Shown here in pieces: positions 40,633 to 51,324 of a stretch of DNA of 59,134 nt. The stretch is from contig JBGQBD010000003.1 of assembly GCA_041494645.1 (NCBI GenBank), positions 1 through 59,134 on the forward strand. The letters run 5' to 3'. Within the stretch, counting starts at the first letter, position 1. Each line of letters begins with the position of its first letter. Below the pieces are notes generated by a model. The model was not told the DNA's origin and did no database searches. It saw nothing but the letters and a program-made list of their open reading frames with translations. A program made the position numbers and the translations under genes. This DNA comes from Candidatus Limnocylindria bacterium (GTDB taxonomy: Bacteria > Chloroflexota > Limnocylindria > Limnocylindrales > CSP1-4).

Positions 40633-41703
40633 TCAGGCCGCCGCGGGCTGATGGTTGTCGGCGCCGCCGGGCGCCGGATGGTCTGCCAAGGCGCCGCTCG
40701 CGGCGGCGGCTGGACGGTGCCCTTGGGATTCGTGACCCTCGACCGCGATCAGGATGAACATCAGGGTCAGGACCGAGAAGATGAGAGCCTGGATCAGGTT
40801 GAGCAGCGCCTCGAGCCCCAAGAGGGCGACCGGCACGATCGCCAGGGTCAGGGCCGAGATGACGGCCAGAGCCACCTCGCCGCCGTAGATGTTGCCGAAG
40901 AGTCGCATCGAGAGCGTGACGGGTTTCACGAACTCGAGGAAGAGCTCGATGATCCCGACGTACATGGCCAGCAGGCCGGCTCCGATACCGTGGCGGAACT
41001 CGCCGATCGGGAAGAACTTGCCAAGGTAGCCGCGCGGGCCCAGGCGCCGGAGACCCTCACCCTGGAAGAGGACAAAGGAGGTCAGGGCCAACCCGATGGT
41101 TATGTTCACGTCGCTGGTCGGCGCTCGGAGCTGATCGATCTTGCCGACCGGCGGCACGAGGCCGCTCCAGTTGGAGAACAGGATGAACAGAAAGAAGGCG
41201 GCGAAGATCGGATAGTAGCGTCTGGCCCGCTCGCCCGCGATGCCGACCGCGAAATCGGAGCCGAACTCGTAGGCCCATTCGACGACGTTCTGCATGCGGC
41301 CGGGCACGCGCCTCATCCGTCGAGTGGCCACGAACGCCACCAGGAGGAGAAGGGCCATCACGATCCACATGGTCAGGATCGTGGAACTGATGCTCGGGTG
41401 GAAGTAGACCATCGGTGCCGCGGCTGGGGCGGACGCCGGCGAGAGGTCAACCACCACGGCCGGGGGCGGGAACTCGATCGAGCTTGTGATGAAGCACGCC
41501 GGGAAGTCGCAGGCTTGCCCGGGCTGGCCGCCCTTGGGGAAAGGCGGCACGAAGATGGCCGCGAGGAGGTCGAGAGCGACGACGGCCAAGAACAGGACCA
41601 GGAAGGCGCCGATGCCGAGGCGATTCTTCGGCGCAGCCTCCGGGACGGCCGGCCCGTCTTCGTCTTCGATCGTCACGGGCACGCCGCCCGGATCGCTTGT
41701 CAC
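40633..41703 (-). CDS. atpB: ATP synthase a
   Basis: PTSDVN, LSMRLFGNI, IQALIF. Confidence 0.95.
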   Translation of the reverse strand: MTSDPGGVPVTIEDEDGPAVPEAAPKNRLGIGAFLVLFLAVVALDLLAAIFVPPFPKGGQPGQACDFPACFITSSIEFPPPAVVVDLSPASAPAAAPMVYFHPSISSTILTMWIVMALLLLVAFVATRRMRRVPGRMQNVVEWAYEFGSDFAVGIAGERARRYYPIFAAFFLFILFSNWSGLVPPVGKIDQLRAPTSDVNITIGLALTSFVLFQGEGLRRLGPRGYLGKFFPIGEFRHGIGAGLLAMYVGIIELFLEFVKPVTLSMRLFGNIYGGEVALAVISALTLAIVPVALLGLEALLNLIQALIFSVLTLMFILIAVEGHESQGHRPAAAASGALADHPAPGGADNHQPAAA

Positions 41704-41743
41704 ACTCGCTCCGCCTAGCCGGCGACCCCCGAGAGGTGCCGCG

Positions 41744-41980
41744 TCATCGTCTGTCGTCCTCGTCGAGCCGGGCCAGGAACCGGGCCATCAATCGCCAGCA
41801 GCCGATCGCGCCGCCGACGGTTCCGACCGTGAATCCAACCAGAACGAAGAGCGGGACGGTTCCCAGGCGCTGGTCGAGCCAGTAACCGCCGAGAACGCCC
41901 CCCAGAACGGCGATGAGAAGAACGAACCCAATCTCAGAAAAGAGGGCGACATAGGCGGACGCTTTTCCGAGGTCGTTCAT
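41744..41980 (-). CDS. atpI: AtpZ/AtpI family protein
   Basis: GYWLDQRLGTVP, two TMs, first gene of the atp operon. Confidence 0.85.
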   Translation of the reverse strand: MNDLGKASAYVALFSEIGFVLLIAVLGGVLGGYWLDQRLGTVPLFVLVGFTVGTVGGAIGCWRLMARFLARLDEDDRR

Positions 41981-42003
41981 CGTCTCTCTGGCAAGGCGCC
42001 GTG

Positions 42004-42012
42004 AGTGTAGCA
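42004..42012 (-). promoter_or_regulatory. Extended -10 promoter of the atp operon
   Basis: TGCTACACT on the minus strand, 23 nt upstream of the atpI ATG. Confidence 0.55.
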
Positions 42013-42140
42013 GTCGACATAATCGAACGCTCAACCCCCGAAAGTGCCGGAGCGAGCGACGAGTCGTGCGTCGCCTAGAGACCCTCGGAGGAGCCCGCGG
42101 AGTCCTCGCCAGGGGGGTTCGCATCCGGGCCAGGCGTCGG

Positions 42141-43271
42141 CTACGGTGGCGGCGGATCGTAGGAGTCGCGGTCGAGATCCTCGCCGACCACGTTGCCGCC
42201 GCCGCCTACCTTGGCGATCAGGAACAGGACGAGGCCGAAGACTAGGACCAATCCCATGAACGCGTACATCTGGCCCGTGTAGGAGAGTCCCAGGGAGAGC
42301 AGGGCCAGCAGGATGCAGACCCCATAGATGACCAGCACGGTGTTTCGATGCGACAGGCCCAGGTCGAGCAGGCGGTGGTGGATGTGGCCTCGGTCCGGGG
42401 CGAACGGCGATCTGCCGGCGGCGAGGCGCCGCACGATGATCCAAAAAGTGTCGATGATCGGCACGCCCAGCACGAGCGCAGCCACGGCGATCTTCGCGAC
42501 GCCCAGGATCGAGAGCACGGCCAGCGAATAGCCGACGAGCATGATGCCGCTCGTCCCGGCGAAGATCGACGCCGGGTGGAAGTTCCAGCGCAGGAAGCCG
42601 GCCAGCGCGCCGGCGAGGGCGAAGCAGAAGAGAGCCACATACGGCTGGACCGGGTTGGCCGTGAGGTTGATCACGCCGAGGGTCAGGGCAGCGATCAGAG
42701 CGATGCCGGACGAGAGCCCGTCCAGGCCGTCGATGAAGTTGATGCTGTTGATCATGCCCACGATCCACAGCAGTGTCGCCACGGCGGCCACTGCGTCCGA
42801 GATGTGGAGGGTGGCGCCGGAGCTCAGCGGATCGTTGATGCTGGTGACAACCACTCCAAGGGCGAAGGCGAAGCCGGCCAGCAGGAACTGGCCCAAGAAT
42901 TGCCAGCGGGCGCGGAGCTGGAGCCAGTCGTCAAGGAAGCCTAGGCCCACCGCCAGCACCGCGCCACCGAGCAGTGCCAGGATCTGCGGCCTCTTGACGA
43001 TTTGCGGCTCGTCGACGAAGTGCATGCCCATGACGGTGTTGGCGAAGATGAGAAGGACCGACACGAACACGAACCCCAGCAGGATGGCGATACCGCCGCC
43101 GCGAGCTATGGCCTGCTTGTTCACCCGCCGAGCCTCGGGCCGATCGACCATTCCGAAGCGACGGGCATAGTGCCCGACGATCGGCGTCGCCGCCAGGGTG
43201 ATCGCTCCCGCCAGGAAAAACCCAAGGATAAGGGCCGGGAGCGCCTGGATGGCCTCACCGTTCAGGCTCAT
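42141..43271 (-). CDS. MraY-family undecaprenyl-phosphate GlcNAc-1-P transferase (WecA/TagO-like)
   Basis: GFLDD, NFIDGLDGL, NFHPASIF, PDRGHIHHRL. Confidence 0.93.
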   Translation of the reverse strand: MSLNGEAIQALPALILGFFLAGAITLAATPIVGHYARRFGMVDRPEARRVNKQAIARGGGIAILLGFVFVSVLLIFANTVMGMHFVDEPQIVKRPQILALLGGAVLAVGLGFLDDWLQLRARWQFLGQFLLAGFAFALGVVVTSINDPLSSGATLHISDAVAAVATLLWIVGMINSINFIDGLDGLSSGIALIAALTLGVINLTANPVQPYVALFCFALAGALAGFLRWNFHPASIFAGTSGIMLVGYSLAVLSILGVAKIAVAALVLGVPIIDTFWIIVRRLAAGRSPFAPDRGHIHHRLLDLGLSHRNTVLVIYGVCILLALLSLGLSYTGQMYAFMGLVLVFGLVLFLIAKVGGGGNVVGEDLDRDSYDPPPP

Positions 43272-43434
43272 GGGGTAGTCTCAGCGGCGGATCGATGGCC
43301 GGCCCGGGGGCCCGCCCCAGACGGGCAAGATGCAGCCGGTCGCGTCGATATCGCCCGGACCTCCCACGCCCTCGGCGGCACTGCGTCGGTGGCCGGACCG
43401 GAGCCGGGATCGGGGCACTGAAGCCCTGGCGTAG

Positions 43435-44763
43435 TCAGTCCTCCTGGAGTCCCGGGACCGGGAAGCGCGAGCAGAGGTCGCGGACCAGGGCGGCCAGCTT
43501 GGCCTGCTCCGAGGGGTCGTCGCGAGTGACAATGGCCGAGACGATCATCTCGCCGATGGCTCGCATCTCCGGCTCGCGGAAGCCGCGACTGGTCGTTGCC
43601 GGCGTGCCGACCCGGATCCCGGACGCGATGTTGGGTGGGTTCTTGTCGAACGGGATGGCGTTCTTGTTGACGGTGATGCCGATCTCGTCCAGGAGATGCT
43701 CCGCCTCGCGGCCGGTCACGCCGAGCGGCGTCACGTCGACAAGCATGAGGTGGTTGTCAGTGCCGCCCGAGACGACCCGGGCGCCTTTGTCGGCCATGGT
43801 CGCGGCCAACAGCTTGGCGTTGACGATCGTCTGGCGCTGGTCCTGGCGGTACTCGTCCGTGGCCGCAAGCTTGAGGGCCACGGCCTTGGCGGCGATGACG
43901 TGCATCAGCGGGCCGCCCTGGGTGCCGGGGAAGACGCTCTTGTCCATGGCCGCGGCGAGGGTGGTCTTCCCCAGCTTCGGGTAGTTCGCCTTGAGCGCGG
44001 CCGGCAGATCCTCGCGGCAGAAGATCAAGCCACCTCGCGGGCCGCGCAGGGTCTTGTGAGTGGTGGTCGTGACGATGTCCGCGTGGCCGAACGGCGTCGG
44101 GTGGAGACCGGCTGCGATCAGCCCGGCGATGTGGGCCATGTCGACCATGAGCAGAGCGCCGTTCTGGTGGGCGATCTTGCCCATCCGCTCGAAGTCGATG
44201 GTGCGGGGGTAGGCGCTGGCGCCGGCGACGATGAGCTTGGGCTTGACCTCCGCCGCCTGCTTCTCGAGCGCGTCGTAGTCGATCTGTTCGGTCTCGGGCG
44301 AGACGCCGTAGGCGTGCACCTCGAACCACTTGCCGCTGAAGTTGACCGGCGAGCCGTGAGTCAGATGGCCGCCGTGGGCCAGGTTCATGCCCAGGATCCT
44401 GTCGCCGATCTCCAGGACTGACAGATAAGCGGCCATGTTGGCCTGGGCGCCCGAGTGGGGCTGGACGTTGACGTGCTCGGCGCCCGGGAAGAGGGCGAGC
44501 GCTCGCTCCTGGGCCAGGCGCTCGGCGACGTCCACGTACTCGCAGCCGCCGTAGTAGCGCTTGCCGGGCAGACCCTCGGCGTACTTGTTGGTGAGAGGCG
44601 AGCCTTGGGCCTCCATCACCGCGGCGAAGGTGTAGTTCTCGCTGGCGATCAGTTCTATCTTCCAGCGCTGGCGATCGGCCTCGCCACGAATGGCCGCCCA
44701 GAGCTCGGGGTCGACATCGGCCAGCCGGGCCCAGGCGATCCCCTCTCGACGTGCGATCGTCAT
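43435..44763 (-). CDS. glyA: Serine hydroxymethyltransferase
   Basis: [26 protein letters not shown]. Confidence 0.98.
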   Translation of the reverse strand: MTIARREGIAWARLADVDPELWAAIRGEADRQRWKIELIASENYTFAAVMEAQGSPLTNKYAEGLPGKRYYGGCEYVDVAERLAQERALALFPGAEHVNVQPHSGAQANMAAYLSVLEIGDRILGMNLAHGGHLTHGSPVNFSGKWFEVHAYGVSPETEQIDYDALEKQAAEVKPKLIVAGASAYPRTIDFERMGKIAHQNGALLMVDMAHIAGLIAAGLHPTPFGHADIVTTTTHKTLRGPRGGLIFCREDLPAALKANYPKLGKTTLAAAMDKSVFPGTQGGPLMHVIAAKAVALKLAATDEYRQDQRQTIVNAKLLAATMADKGARVVSGGTDNHLMLVDVTPLGVTGREAEHLLDEIGITVNKNAIPFDKNPPNIASGIRVGTPATTSRGFREPEMRAIGEMIVSAIVTRDDPSEQAKLAALVRDLCSRFPVPGLQED

Positions 44764-45023
44764 GCCGACTCCTTGCCCGGTCGGCGCGGACGGCGCCTCA
44801 CCGTCCTATTCGACGTGGCGCAGAGCCGGGTCCGGCCTATTGTCGCCGATGCTCGGGGCCGACGTCACCTCGCCGAAACCACGGGCCCAGCAACATTGTC
44901 GGATCGGGGGGAGGAAGCCGGCTAGCGGCGGACGAGCCCGTAACGGCGGATCGCCACAAAGGCCGCGGCTGACGCCCGGCCGGTGGCGGGCTACCGAACG
45001 CCGAGCGGGCCGTAGCCCGCGCC

Positions 45024-45668
45024 TCAGAGTTCGTGTGAGAGCCCGGCCTCGTTCAGAAGCGCCGCCAGGGCGGCCGGCGGGATCGCCCCAGCCCGCAGGA
45101 CTCGCGGCAGCTCGCCCGAGCAGTCCACGACGGTGGACGGGACTCCACCGCGGGCCGGGCCGCCATCGAGAACGAGATCGACGCGGGAGCCCAGCTGAGC
45201 GAGGACCGCCGAGGCGTCGCCGGCGTCGGGTTGGCCGGAGAGGTTGGCGGAGGTGACGGGCAGCGGACCGAGGGCGAAAGCCAGCTCGCGCGGGCAATCG
45301 TGGTCCGGCAGGCGGACGCCGATCGTGGCGGCCCCGCCGGTCAGGGTCGCCGGCAGCCGAGCACCGGGGGTTTGCGGCAGAACGAGGGTCAAACCGCCGG
45401 GCCAGAAGCGCTCCGCCAGAAGATGGGCCGCCGCGGACAGGATGCCGACCGAACCCGCCTGGGCCAGATCGGCCACCAGCAGCACGATGGCCCGGTCCAG
45501 GGGCCGGTCCTTGGCTGCGAAGAGTCGCTGCAGGCCGTCCGGCGCCTCCAGCGCCACTCCGATCCCGTACACGGTGTCGGTCGGCATCGCCACCAGCCCA
45601 CCGACCCGCAGGACGCCGGCGGCCTCCGCGCGCCCCGAGGCGTCGTCGGGGAGCAGCCGCGCCGTCAT
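45024..45668 (-). CDS. tsaC: L-threonylcarbamoyladenylate synthase (YrdC domain only)
   Basis: PTDTVYG, KDRP, FWPGGLT, TSANLSG, PSTVVD. Confidence 0.93.
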   Translation of the reverse strand: MTARLLPDDASGRAEAAGVLRVGGLVAMPTDTVYGIGVALEAPDGLQRLFAAKDRPLDRAIVLLVADLAQAGSVGILSAAAHLLAERFWPGGLTLVLPQTPGARLPATLTGGAATIGVRLPDHDCPRELAFALGPLPVTSANLSGQPDAGDASAVLAQLGSRVDLVLDGGPARGGVPSTVVDCSGELPRVLRAGAIPPAALAALLNEAGLSHEL

Positions 45669-46579
45669 CGCCGCTCGACCCTGACACCGTGCAGCACGCC
45701 GCCCGAATCGGTCCCGTCCGGCCCAGCCCCGCGCGCGGGGGAGCGCCAACCGTCCAAAGCGATACGTTCGATCATCTGCGCGGCCCCCTCCTCGCCCACC
45801 GGCGGCGCCACGAACCGGGCCACGGCCTGCACCGCGGCCGGGGCGCTCGGCATCGCTACTCCGTAACCAACCTCGGCGATCATCTCCAGGTCGTTGTACT
45901 GGTCGCCGATGGCGAGGCATTGCTCAAGCGGGACACCCTGCCGGCGGGCCAGCCAGCGAATCGCCATGCCTTTCGACACGCCGGGCGCCAGGAACTCCAG
46001 GAAGCGCGGGTGGCTCAGCGTCACCTCCGCCCGGCCGGCGAAGTGGACGCGGCCTTCGTCCAGCACCTCCAGAGAGTGCTCGCCTTCGCCGATCGCCACG
46101 ACTTTGGTGACCGGCCTCGCCGCCCGAGTGACCACGTCCGGCACCGTCCGCAGCCGATCGCCCACGAAGAGGCGGTATTCGTCCAGACGCGACTCGTCGG
46201 AGGCCACGATCATCCATTCCAGGTAATTGAAGTGGGGGATCAGCGCCCTATCCTGGCACCAGCGTACGACCTCGACGGCGGTCTCCGGCCTCAACGGCCG
46301 GTGGAGCAGCAGGCGGCCGGGACGCTTCGATCCCGGAGCCGGCATCGCCCGCACGATGGCTCCCTGCTGAGCGACGAGCGGCCCGGTAAGCCCGAGCGCC
46401 TCGGCAAATGGCACGGCGCTGGTGGCCATGCGGCCGGTGACCAGCGACACGGCGATCCCCCGCCGGGACGCTTCGCGCACGGCGGCAAGGGTGCGTTCGC
46501 CGATGACCAGATCGTCGCCGACGAGCGTGCCGTCGATGTCCAGGGCGATGAGTCGAATCGGGAGGGCCGGCTGGACCAT
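45665..46579 (-). CDS. Cof-type HAD-IIB hydrolase
   Basis: LDIDGTL, TGR, VSKG, GDQYNDLEM. Confidence 0.92.
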   Translation of the reverse strand: MVQPALPIRLIALDIDGTLVGDDLVIGERTLAAVREASRRGIAVSLVTGRMATSAVPFAEALGLTGPLVAQQGAIVRAMPAPGSKRPGRLLLHRPLRPETAVEVVRWCQDRALIPHFNYLEWMIVASDESRLDEYRLFVGDRLRTVPDVVTRAARPVTKVVAIGEGEHSLEVLDEGRVHFAGRAEVTLSHPRFLEFLAPGVSKGMAIRWLARRQGVPLEQCLAIGDQYNDLEMIAEVGYGVAMPSAPAAVQAVARFVAPPVGEEGAAQMIERIALDGWRSPARGAGPDGTDSGGVLHGVRVERR

Positions 46580-47520
46580 CAGCCACCCGCCACGCCGGTC
46601 GAGCGCTCCACTCGCGCCAGACGCGGCCTGCCCGAAAGATCCGGCTGGACCCGGCAAGACCACTCGCCCCTGAGCGCGGCCACTGCCTCCTGGACCGCGG
46701 GCCCCTGGTCGAAGCCGATCTCGAGGAGCGCCATGCCGCCGGGAGCCAGGGCCGAAGGAAGGGCCTCGAGCAGTCGCCCCACGACCGCCAGCCCGTCGGG
46801 CCCGCCATCCAACGCCAGACGCGGCTCGAACGATGCGGCCACCGGCAGACGGTCGACCTCCGCCGTAGGGATGTAGGGCAGGTTCGCCAGGATCAGGTCG
46901 AATGGATCTTCGGTCGCCGGCAGCACGTCGGCCTCGAGGAAGGCAATGGTCTCGGCCAGGGCGTGTCCGACCGCGTTCTCCCGAGCCAGGCCGAGGGCAT
47001 CGCGCGATCGGTCCACGGCCAGGAACGAGACTTCGGGCAGCATCCGCCGACGCCGCAGCAGAGTCGTCAGCGCGATTGCGATGGCACCCGAACCGGTGCC
47101 GACGTCGATGACGCGCAGCTTCGGAGTGCCGGCCGGCCGCGGCGCGGAAGTGAGCCGCCACGCGATCTCCCGCTCCGCTTCCGACACGAGCAGCTCCGTC
47201 TCCGGCCGCGGAATGAGCGCCCTTCGATCCACCCCGAAGGCAAGGCCGTAGAACTCCTTGAGGCCGCGAATGTAGGCCACCGGCTCGCCGGCCTCCCGGC
47301 GGACGATCCCCGCTTCGTAGGCGGCCGCGGCGTCCGCCCCCACCGTAGCCTCGGGGTGGGCCAGGATCGAGGTCCGCTCCGCCCCGATGGCCCAGCCGAG
47401 CAGCAGCTCGGCGTCGAGACGCGCGCTCTCCGATCCGGAGGCGCGCAGGCGGGCCGTGCCGGACGCGAGGAGATCGCCGATGTTCGCCACGCCGATACCC
47501 GCGCCTACCGCCGCGCCCAA
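46579..47520 (-). CDS. prmC: Release factor glutamine methyltransferase
   Basis: EPVAYI, LIPRPETE, DVGTGSGAIA, ANLPYI. Start may be GTG47490. Confidence 0.95.
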   Translation of the reverse strand: MGAAVGAGIGVANIGDLLASGTARLRASGSESARLDAELLLGWAIGAERTSILAHPEATVGADAAAAYEAGIVRREAGEPVAYIRGLKEFYGLAFGVDRRALIPRPETELLVSEAEREIAWRLTSAPRPAGTPKLRVIDVGTGSGAIAIALTTLLRRRRMLPEVSFLAVDRSRDALGLARENAVGHALAETIAFLEADVLPATEDPFDLILANLPYIPTAEVDRLPVAASFEPRLALDGGPDGLAVVGRLLEALPSALAPGGMALLEIGFDQGPAVQEAVAALRGEWSCRVQPDLSGRPRLARVERSTGVAGG

Positions 47521-47536
47521 AAGGCGGCCGGACTCA

Positions 47537-48619
47537 TCACTCCCGCGAGCCCTCGCCGAGCAGCCGCAGCTGCTCGGCCTGGTACGTGGTGCTTAGCGCG
47601 TCGATCAGTCTCTCGATGTCGCCGTCCATCACGCCGGGCAGGTTATGCAGGTCGAGGTTGATTCGATGGTCGGTCAAGCGGTCCTGGGGGAAGTTGTAGG
47701 TGCGGATCTTCTCGGATCGCTCGCCCGAGCCGACCATGCTCCGCCGCAGAGCAGATTCGACCTGCGCGGCCCTGGCCCGTTCCCGATCGAGGAGCCGGCT
47801 TCGCAGAACGGCCAGCGCCTTGGCCTTGTTCTTGATCTGGCTCTTCTCGTCCTGGATGGCGACGACGATGCCGCTGGGCATATGAGTGATTCGCACGGCC
47901 GAGTCGGTCGTGTTGACCGACTGCCCGCCATGGCCGGTGGAGCGGTAGACGTCGACCCTGATGTCGTTCTCGTCGATCTCGACGTCGACCTCTTCGGCTT
48001 CCGGCATGACGGCCACGGTCGCGGTCGAGGTGTGGATCCGACCGCTCGATTCGGTGACCGGGACGCGCTGCACGCGGTGGACTCCTGCCTCGAATTTGAG
48101 ACGGCTGAAGGCCCGGCCGCCCGCGATCTCCACGATCGCCTCGCTGATCCCGCCGATACCCGTCTCGCCCAGGCTCAGGACCTCGGCGTGCATGCCGTGG
48201 CGCTCGGCATAGCGGAGATACATCCGGAGCAGCTCGGCCGCGAAGAGCTTGGCCTCGTCCCCGCCGGCCCCGGCCCGGATCTCCAGGATCACGTTCTTCT
48301 CATCGGCGGGATCGCGCGGGATCAGCTGCAGGCGGAGCAGCTCGAGGAGTTCGGCCTCGCGGGTGTCGAGCCTGCGGACCTCCTCCTGGGCCAGGTCGTG
48401 CATCTCCTCGTCGCCCGAGTCACGCATCTCGAGGGCCTCGGCGAGCTCCTTGCGAGCCGCCAGCAGCTCGCGCCAGGCGGACACGGCCGGCTCCAGTTGG
48501 GTCAGCTCCTTGCCCAGCCGCTTCAGCGCGGCGGGGTCGGCGGCCGTCATGGGTTGGGCCAGCTCGTTCTGGAGGGCGTCGTATCGAGCGGCGATCTCGA
48601 TGAGCTTGGCGTCGATCAC
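47537..48619 (-). CDS. prfA: Peptide chain release factor 1
   Basis: VHRVQRVPVTE (PxT), GGQSVN, IRTYNFPQ. GTG48619 overlaps the upstream stop. Confidence 0.97.
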   Translation of the reverse strand: MIDAKLIEIAARYDALQNELAQPMTAADPAALKRLGKELTQLEPAVSAWRELLAARKELAEALEMRDSGDEEMHDLAQEEVRRLDTREAELLELLRLQLIPRDPADEKNVILEIRAGAGGDEAKLFAAELLRMYLRYAERHGMHAEVLSLGETGIGGISEAIVEIAGGRAFSRLKFEAGVHRVQRVPVTESSGRIHTSTATVAVMPEAEEVDVEIDENDIRVDVYRSTGHGGQSVNTTDSAVRITHMPSGIVVAIQDEKSQIKNKAKALAVLRSRLLDRERARAAQVESALRRSMVGSGERSEKIRTYNFPQDRLTDHRINLDLHNLPGVMDGDIERLIDALSTTYQAEQLRLLGEGSRE

Positions 48620-49845
48620 GGTTTCGGCCCGGCGGTCTTGGCCGCTCGCCTGGACCGCTTGGGCGGTTCCGCGGCTTCGAGCTCGGCCGCGGCCGTTTCG
48701 GGCGGGATCGTGGCCGCGTCGCCGCCCCTGGTGCCGCCCGACTCCGGTTCGATCGGCCGCGACGCGAAGTGGGCGCTGCCCGCCGGGACCTCGCCTCCGT
48801 CGGCCACCAGGGCCAGCTGGAGCGAGACGATCGCAACCTCGATCATGTCGTCGGACGGCTGGCGAGTGGTGATCTTCTGAACCCAGATGCCGGGCGACCA
48901 AAGCCAGCGCACCGCGGCGTGGCGGCGATGGCGGGCCCCCAGCTGCAGGATCTCGTAGCTGACGGCGGCGATGACCGGGATGAGGATGACGCGCGAGACG
49001 ATGAGCCACATCGGCGGCAGCTTCCCGACCACGGCGAAGGCGAGGATCGAGACGATCAGCACCACCACCAGGAACTCGGTACCGCAGCGCGGGTGGGCCG
49101 TCGGATACTTGCGGGCCGCATCCACGGTCAGCGGATCGCCGGCCTCCAGCGTGTGGATCGACATGTGCTCCGCGCCGTGGTACTGGAACGTGCGCCGAAC
49201 GTCCGGGGCACGGCCCACGAGCAGCAAGTAGCCGATGAAGATCGCGACGCGGATGAGGCCCTCGGAGAGCTGGAAGCCGAAGCCCTGGTCCACGCGTCCG
49301 ACCGTGGCCTGGGCCAGCAGGAGCGGCAGGAGGAAGAAGATGCCGATGCCCACGACGAGACTCAGCAGCAGCATGCCGCCCACTGCCACGGTGTAGCCCT
49401 TGCCGAGGCCACGGCTGGAGTCGGGGGCCTGAGCGGGCGAGTCCCCCGGCCCGTCCGGATCGGTGTACCCGGAGTCGTGGCCGGCGGCCGCGCCAACGAT
49501 CACCACGGCCGGCGCCAGGATCAGCGTGTGCAGTAGGGACCCCGTCCGGGCGGCGGCCTGGCCGCTCTTGCCCGCTCCACCGTCCTCGCCCTCGAGGGCC
49601 ACGGCCTGAAGCGTGGCCGACCGGACCAGCCAGCGCGTGCCCGTGACGAGGGTGTCGTACAGGACGACTAGGCCGCGCAGGAACGGGAGCCTGAGCGGAC
49701 GGCGAGCGCGCAGCCCCAGATCCAGCCGTTCGGTGGCCCAAACAATGGAGCCGTCCGGGTGGCGGAGCGCAACCGCAAGAGCATGTCGGCCGCGCATCAG
49801 GACACCCTCGATGAGCGCCTGGCCGCCGTATTGGTACCTAGCCAT
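48616..49845 (-). CDS. DUF1385 membrane protein
   Basis: GGQALIEGVLMRG, YHGAEH, HPRCGT. Usual position between rpmE and prfA. Confidence 0.92.
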   Translation of the reverse strand: MARYQYGGQALIEGVLMRGRHALAVALRHPDGSIVWATERLDLGLRARRPLRLPFLRGLVVLYDTLVTGTRWLVRSATLQAVALEGEDGGAGKSGQAAARTGSLLHTLILAPAVVIVGAAAGHDSGYTDPDGPGDSPAQAPDSSRGLGKGYTVAVGGMLLLSLVVGIGIFFLLPLLLAQATVGRVDQGFGFQLSEGLIRVAIFIGYLLLVGRAPDVRRTFQYHGAEHMSIHTLEAGDPLTVDAARKYPTAHPRCGTEFLVVVLIVSILAFAVVGKLPPMWLIVSRVILIPVIAAVSYEILQLGARHRRHAAVRWLWSPGIWVQKITTRQPSDDMIEVAIVSLQLALVADGGEVPAGSAHFASRPIEPESGGTRGGDAATIPPETAAAELEAAEPPKRSRRAAKTAGPKP

Positions 49846-49925
49846 GGAGGAAGTCTAGCCCCTGAGTGGCGCGGCGCCGGGCCGCTTCAGGGATGCGGCC
49901 AGCCGTTGCCGTGGCGTCCGGCAGG

Positions 49926-50138
49926 CTAGGCCCGCTCGGCGCGCTCCAGGCGGCGCTGGAACCGCTCGACCTGGCCGGCCGTGTCGATGATCGTCTGCTT
50001 GCCCGTGAAGAACGGGTGGCAGCTGCTGCACACGTCGACGCGAAGCTCCGACCGCGTCGAGCCGATCTCGAAGGTCGTCTTGCACGAAGCGCAATGCACC
50101 GTGGCCTGCTGGTACTTGGGATGGATCTTGGACTTCAT
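49926..50138 (-). CDS. rpmE: 50S ribosomal protein L31 (Zn-binding type)
   Basis: IHPKY, CASC, CSSCHPFFTG. Confidence 0.97.
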   Translation of the reverse strand: MKSKIHPKYQQATVHCASCKTTFEIGSTRSELRVDVCSSCHPFFTGKQTIIDTAGQVERFQRRLERAERA

Positions 50139-50235
50139 TCGTTACTCTCCGGGCGCCTTCCGCACGGTCATCCGCCGGTGGTCGTCGGTGGCGCGGTCGG
50201 CGTTCGGGTGCCGGACCGCAGGGTTGTTCCGCAGG

Positions 50236-50499
50236 CTACTCGCCGGCCAGGGCCTCGATTCGAATTCGCTTCTTCTCGCGCGTCACGTGCTCGAAATGGA
50301 CGGTCCCGTCGATCTTGGCGAAGACGCTGTAGTCGTGCGCCAGACCGGCGCCGGGGCCGGCCGCGAAGGTCATGCCGCGCTGCCGGACGATGATCGAGCC
50401 GGCAGTGACGAACTCTCCGTCTCCCGCCTTGCAGCCCAGTCGCTGGCCGACGCTGTCGCGGCCGTTCTTGGAGCTCGAGCCTGCCTTCTTGTGGGCCAT
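50236..50499 (-). CDS. rpmA: 50S ribosomal protein L27
   Basis: [16 protein letters not shown]. Confidence 0.97.
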   Translation of the reverse strand: MAHKKAGSSSKNGRDSVGQRLGCKAGDGEFVTAGSIIVRQRGMTFAAGPGAGLAHDYSVFAKIDGTVHFEHVTREKKRIRIEALAGE

Positions 50500-50501
50500 C
50501 G

Positions 50502-51134
50502 CTATTCGTCCTTCTTTGTCCGAGCGGGTCGCTTGGGAGCAGCCTCGCCGGCAGGTTCGTCGGTCTTGGCAGCCTTCGCGGCCTTGGGCACGGCCTGTGC
50601 CTTGGGCGCGGCCTGTGCCTTGGCTGGAGCGGCCTTGGGCGCCTTCGCCTTGGGCGCCTTCGCCTTGGGTTCGGCCTCCTCGGCGGCGGCCTGGCGAGCC
50701 TTGAGCTTCTCGGCCAGCGCCGCGTCCTCGGCGGCCTGCCGGGCGGCAGCCTTCGCGATCTTGCCGCGCTCGGCCTCGGCCTGTGTCTCGGCCTCCTGAG
50801 CCTCGGCGGCAGCGCTCTTGGCGCCGAGCCGCACGTCGGTGATCTTCAGGACCGTCAGCTCCTGGCGGTGCCCCTTCTTAACGCGACGGCGGGCCTTGGG
50901 CCGGTACTTGAACGAGATCGTCTTTTCGCCACGATCCTGGCGCAGGACCCGAGCGCTCACGGCCGCACCCGCCACGACGGGCTGGCCTACTGCCGACTTG
51001 TCGCCATCCACGACCAGCAGCACGCGGTCGAGGTTGATCTCCTGTCCCGGCTCGGCATCGAGCAGATCCACCTCGAGCTCGGTTCCGAGTTCGACGCGGT
51101 ACTGCTTGCCGCCGGTCTCGATGACTGCGTACAT
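50502..51134 (-). CDS. rplU: 50S ribosomal protein L21 with Ala/Lys-rich C-terminal extension
   Basis: [12 protein letters not shown]...GHRQ plus about 105 extra residues. Confidence 0.96.
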   Translation of the reverse strand: MYAVIETGGKQYRVELGTELEVDLLDAEPGQEINLDRVLLVVDGDKSAVGQPVVAGAAVSARVLRQDRGEKTISFKYRPKARRRVKKGHRQELTVLKITDVRLGAKSAAAEAQEAETQAEAERGKIAKAAARQAAEDAALAEKLKARQAAAEEAEPKAKAPKAKAPKAAPAKAQAAPKAQAVPKAAKAAKTDEPAGEAAPKRPARTKKDE

Positions 51135-51219
51135 TGGTCCTCGGGAAGTTGACGTGGGCGGGAGGCCCTCGGGCGCATGACACGAAATCGCCCCCGGGTA
51201 CCCCGGGGCGCGAAGTGCG

Positions 51220-51248
51220 AGTGTACGGCGCGAGGTCTGCCTCGTCAA
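51220..51248 (-). promoter_or_regulatory. Sigma70 promoter of rplU-rpmA
   Basis: TTGACG, 17 nt, TACACT on the minus strand. A GC hairpin (51189-51210) lies in the leader. Confidence 0.75.
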
Positions 51249-51324
51249 ACGCGAAATGGGGTCCGGTACGCCCGGGCCTGTTGCCGTCTCGCACCCGATC
51301 GACCTGGATCGCGCGAGCGGCAGT

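Noticed and set aside
44764-45023. Possible ZTP (pfl) riboswitch upstream of glyA
   Set aside because: Only GCCGACCGGGCA resembles the 3' stem. The CGCCUGGGCA loop and the matching GACUGGCG element are absent.
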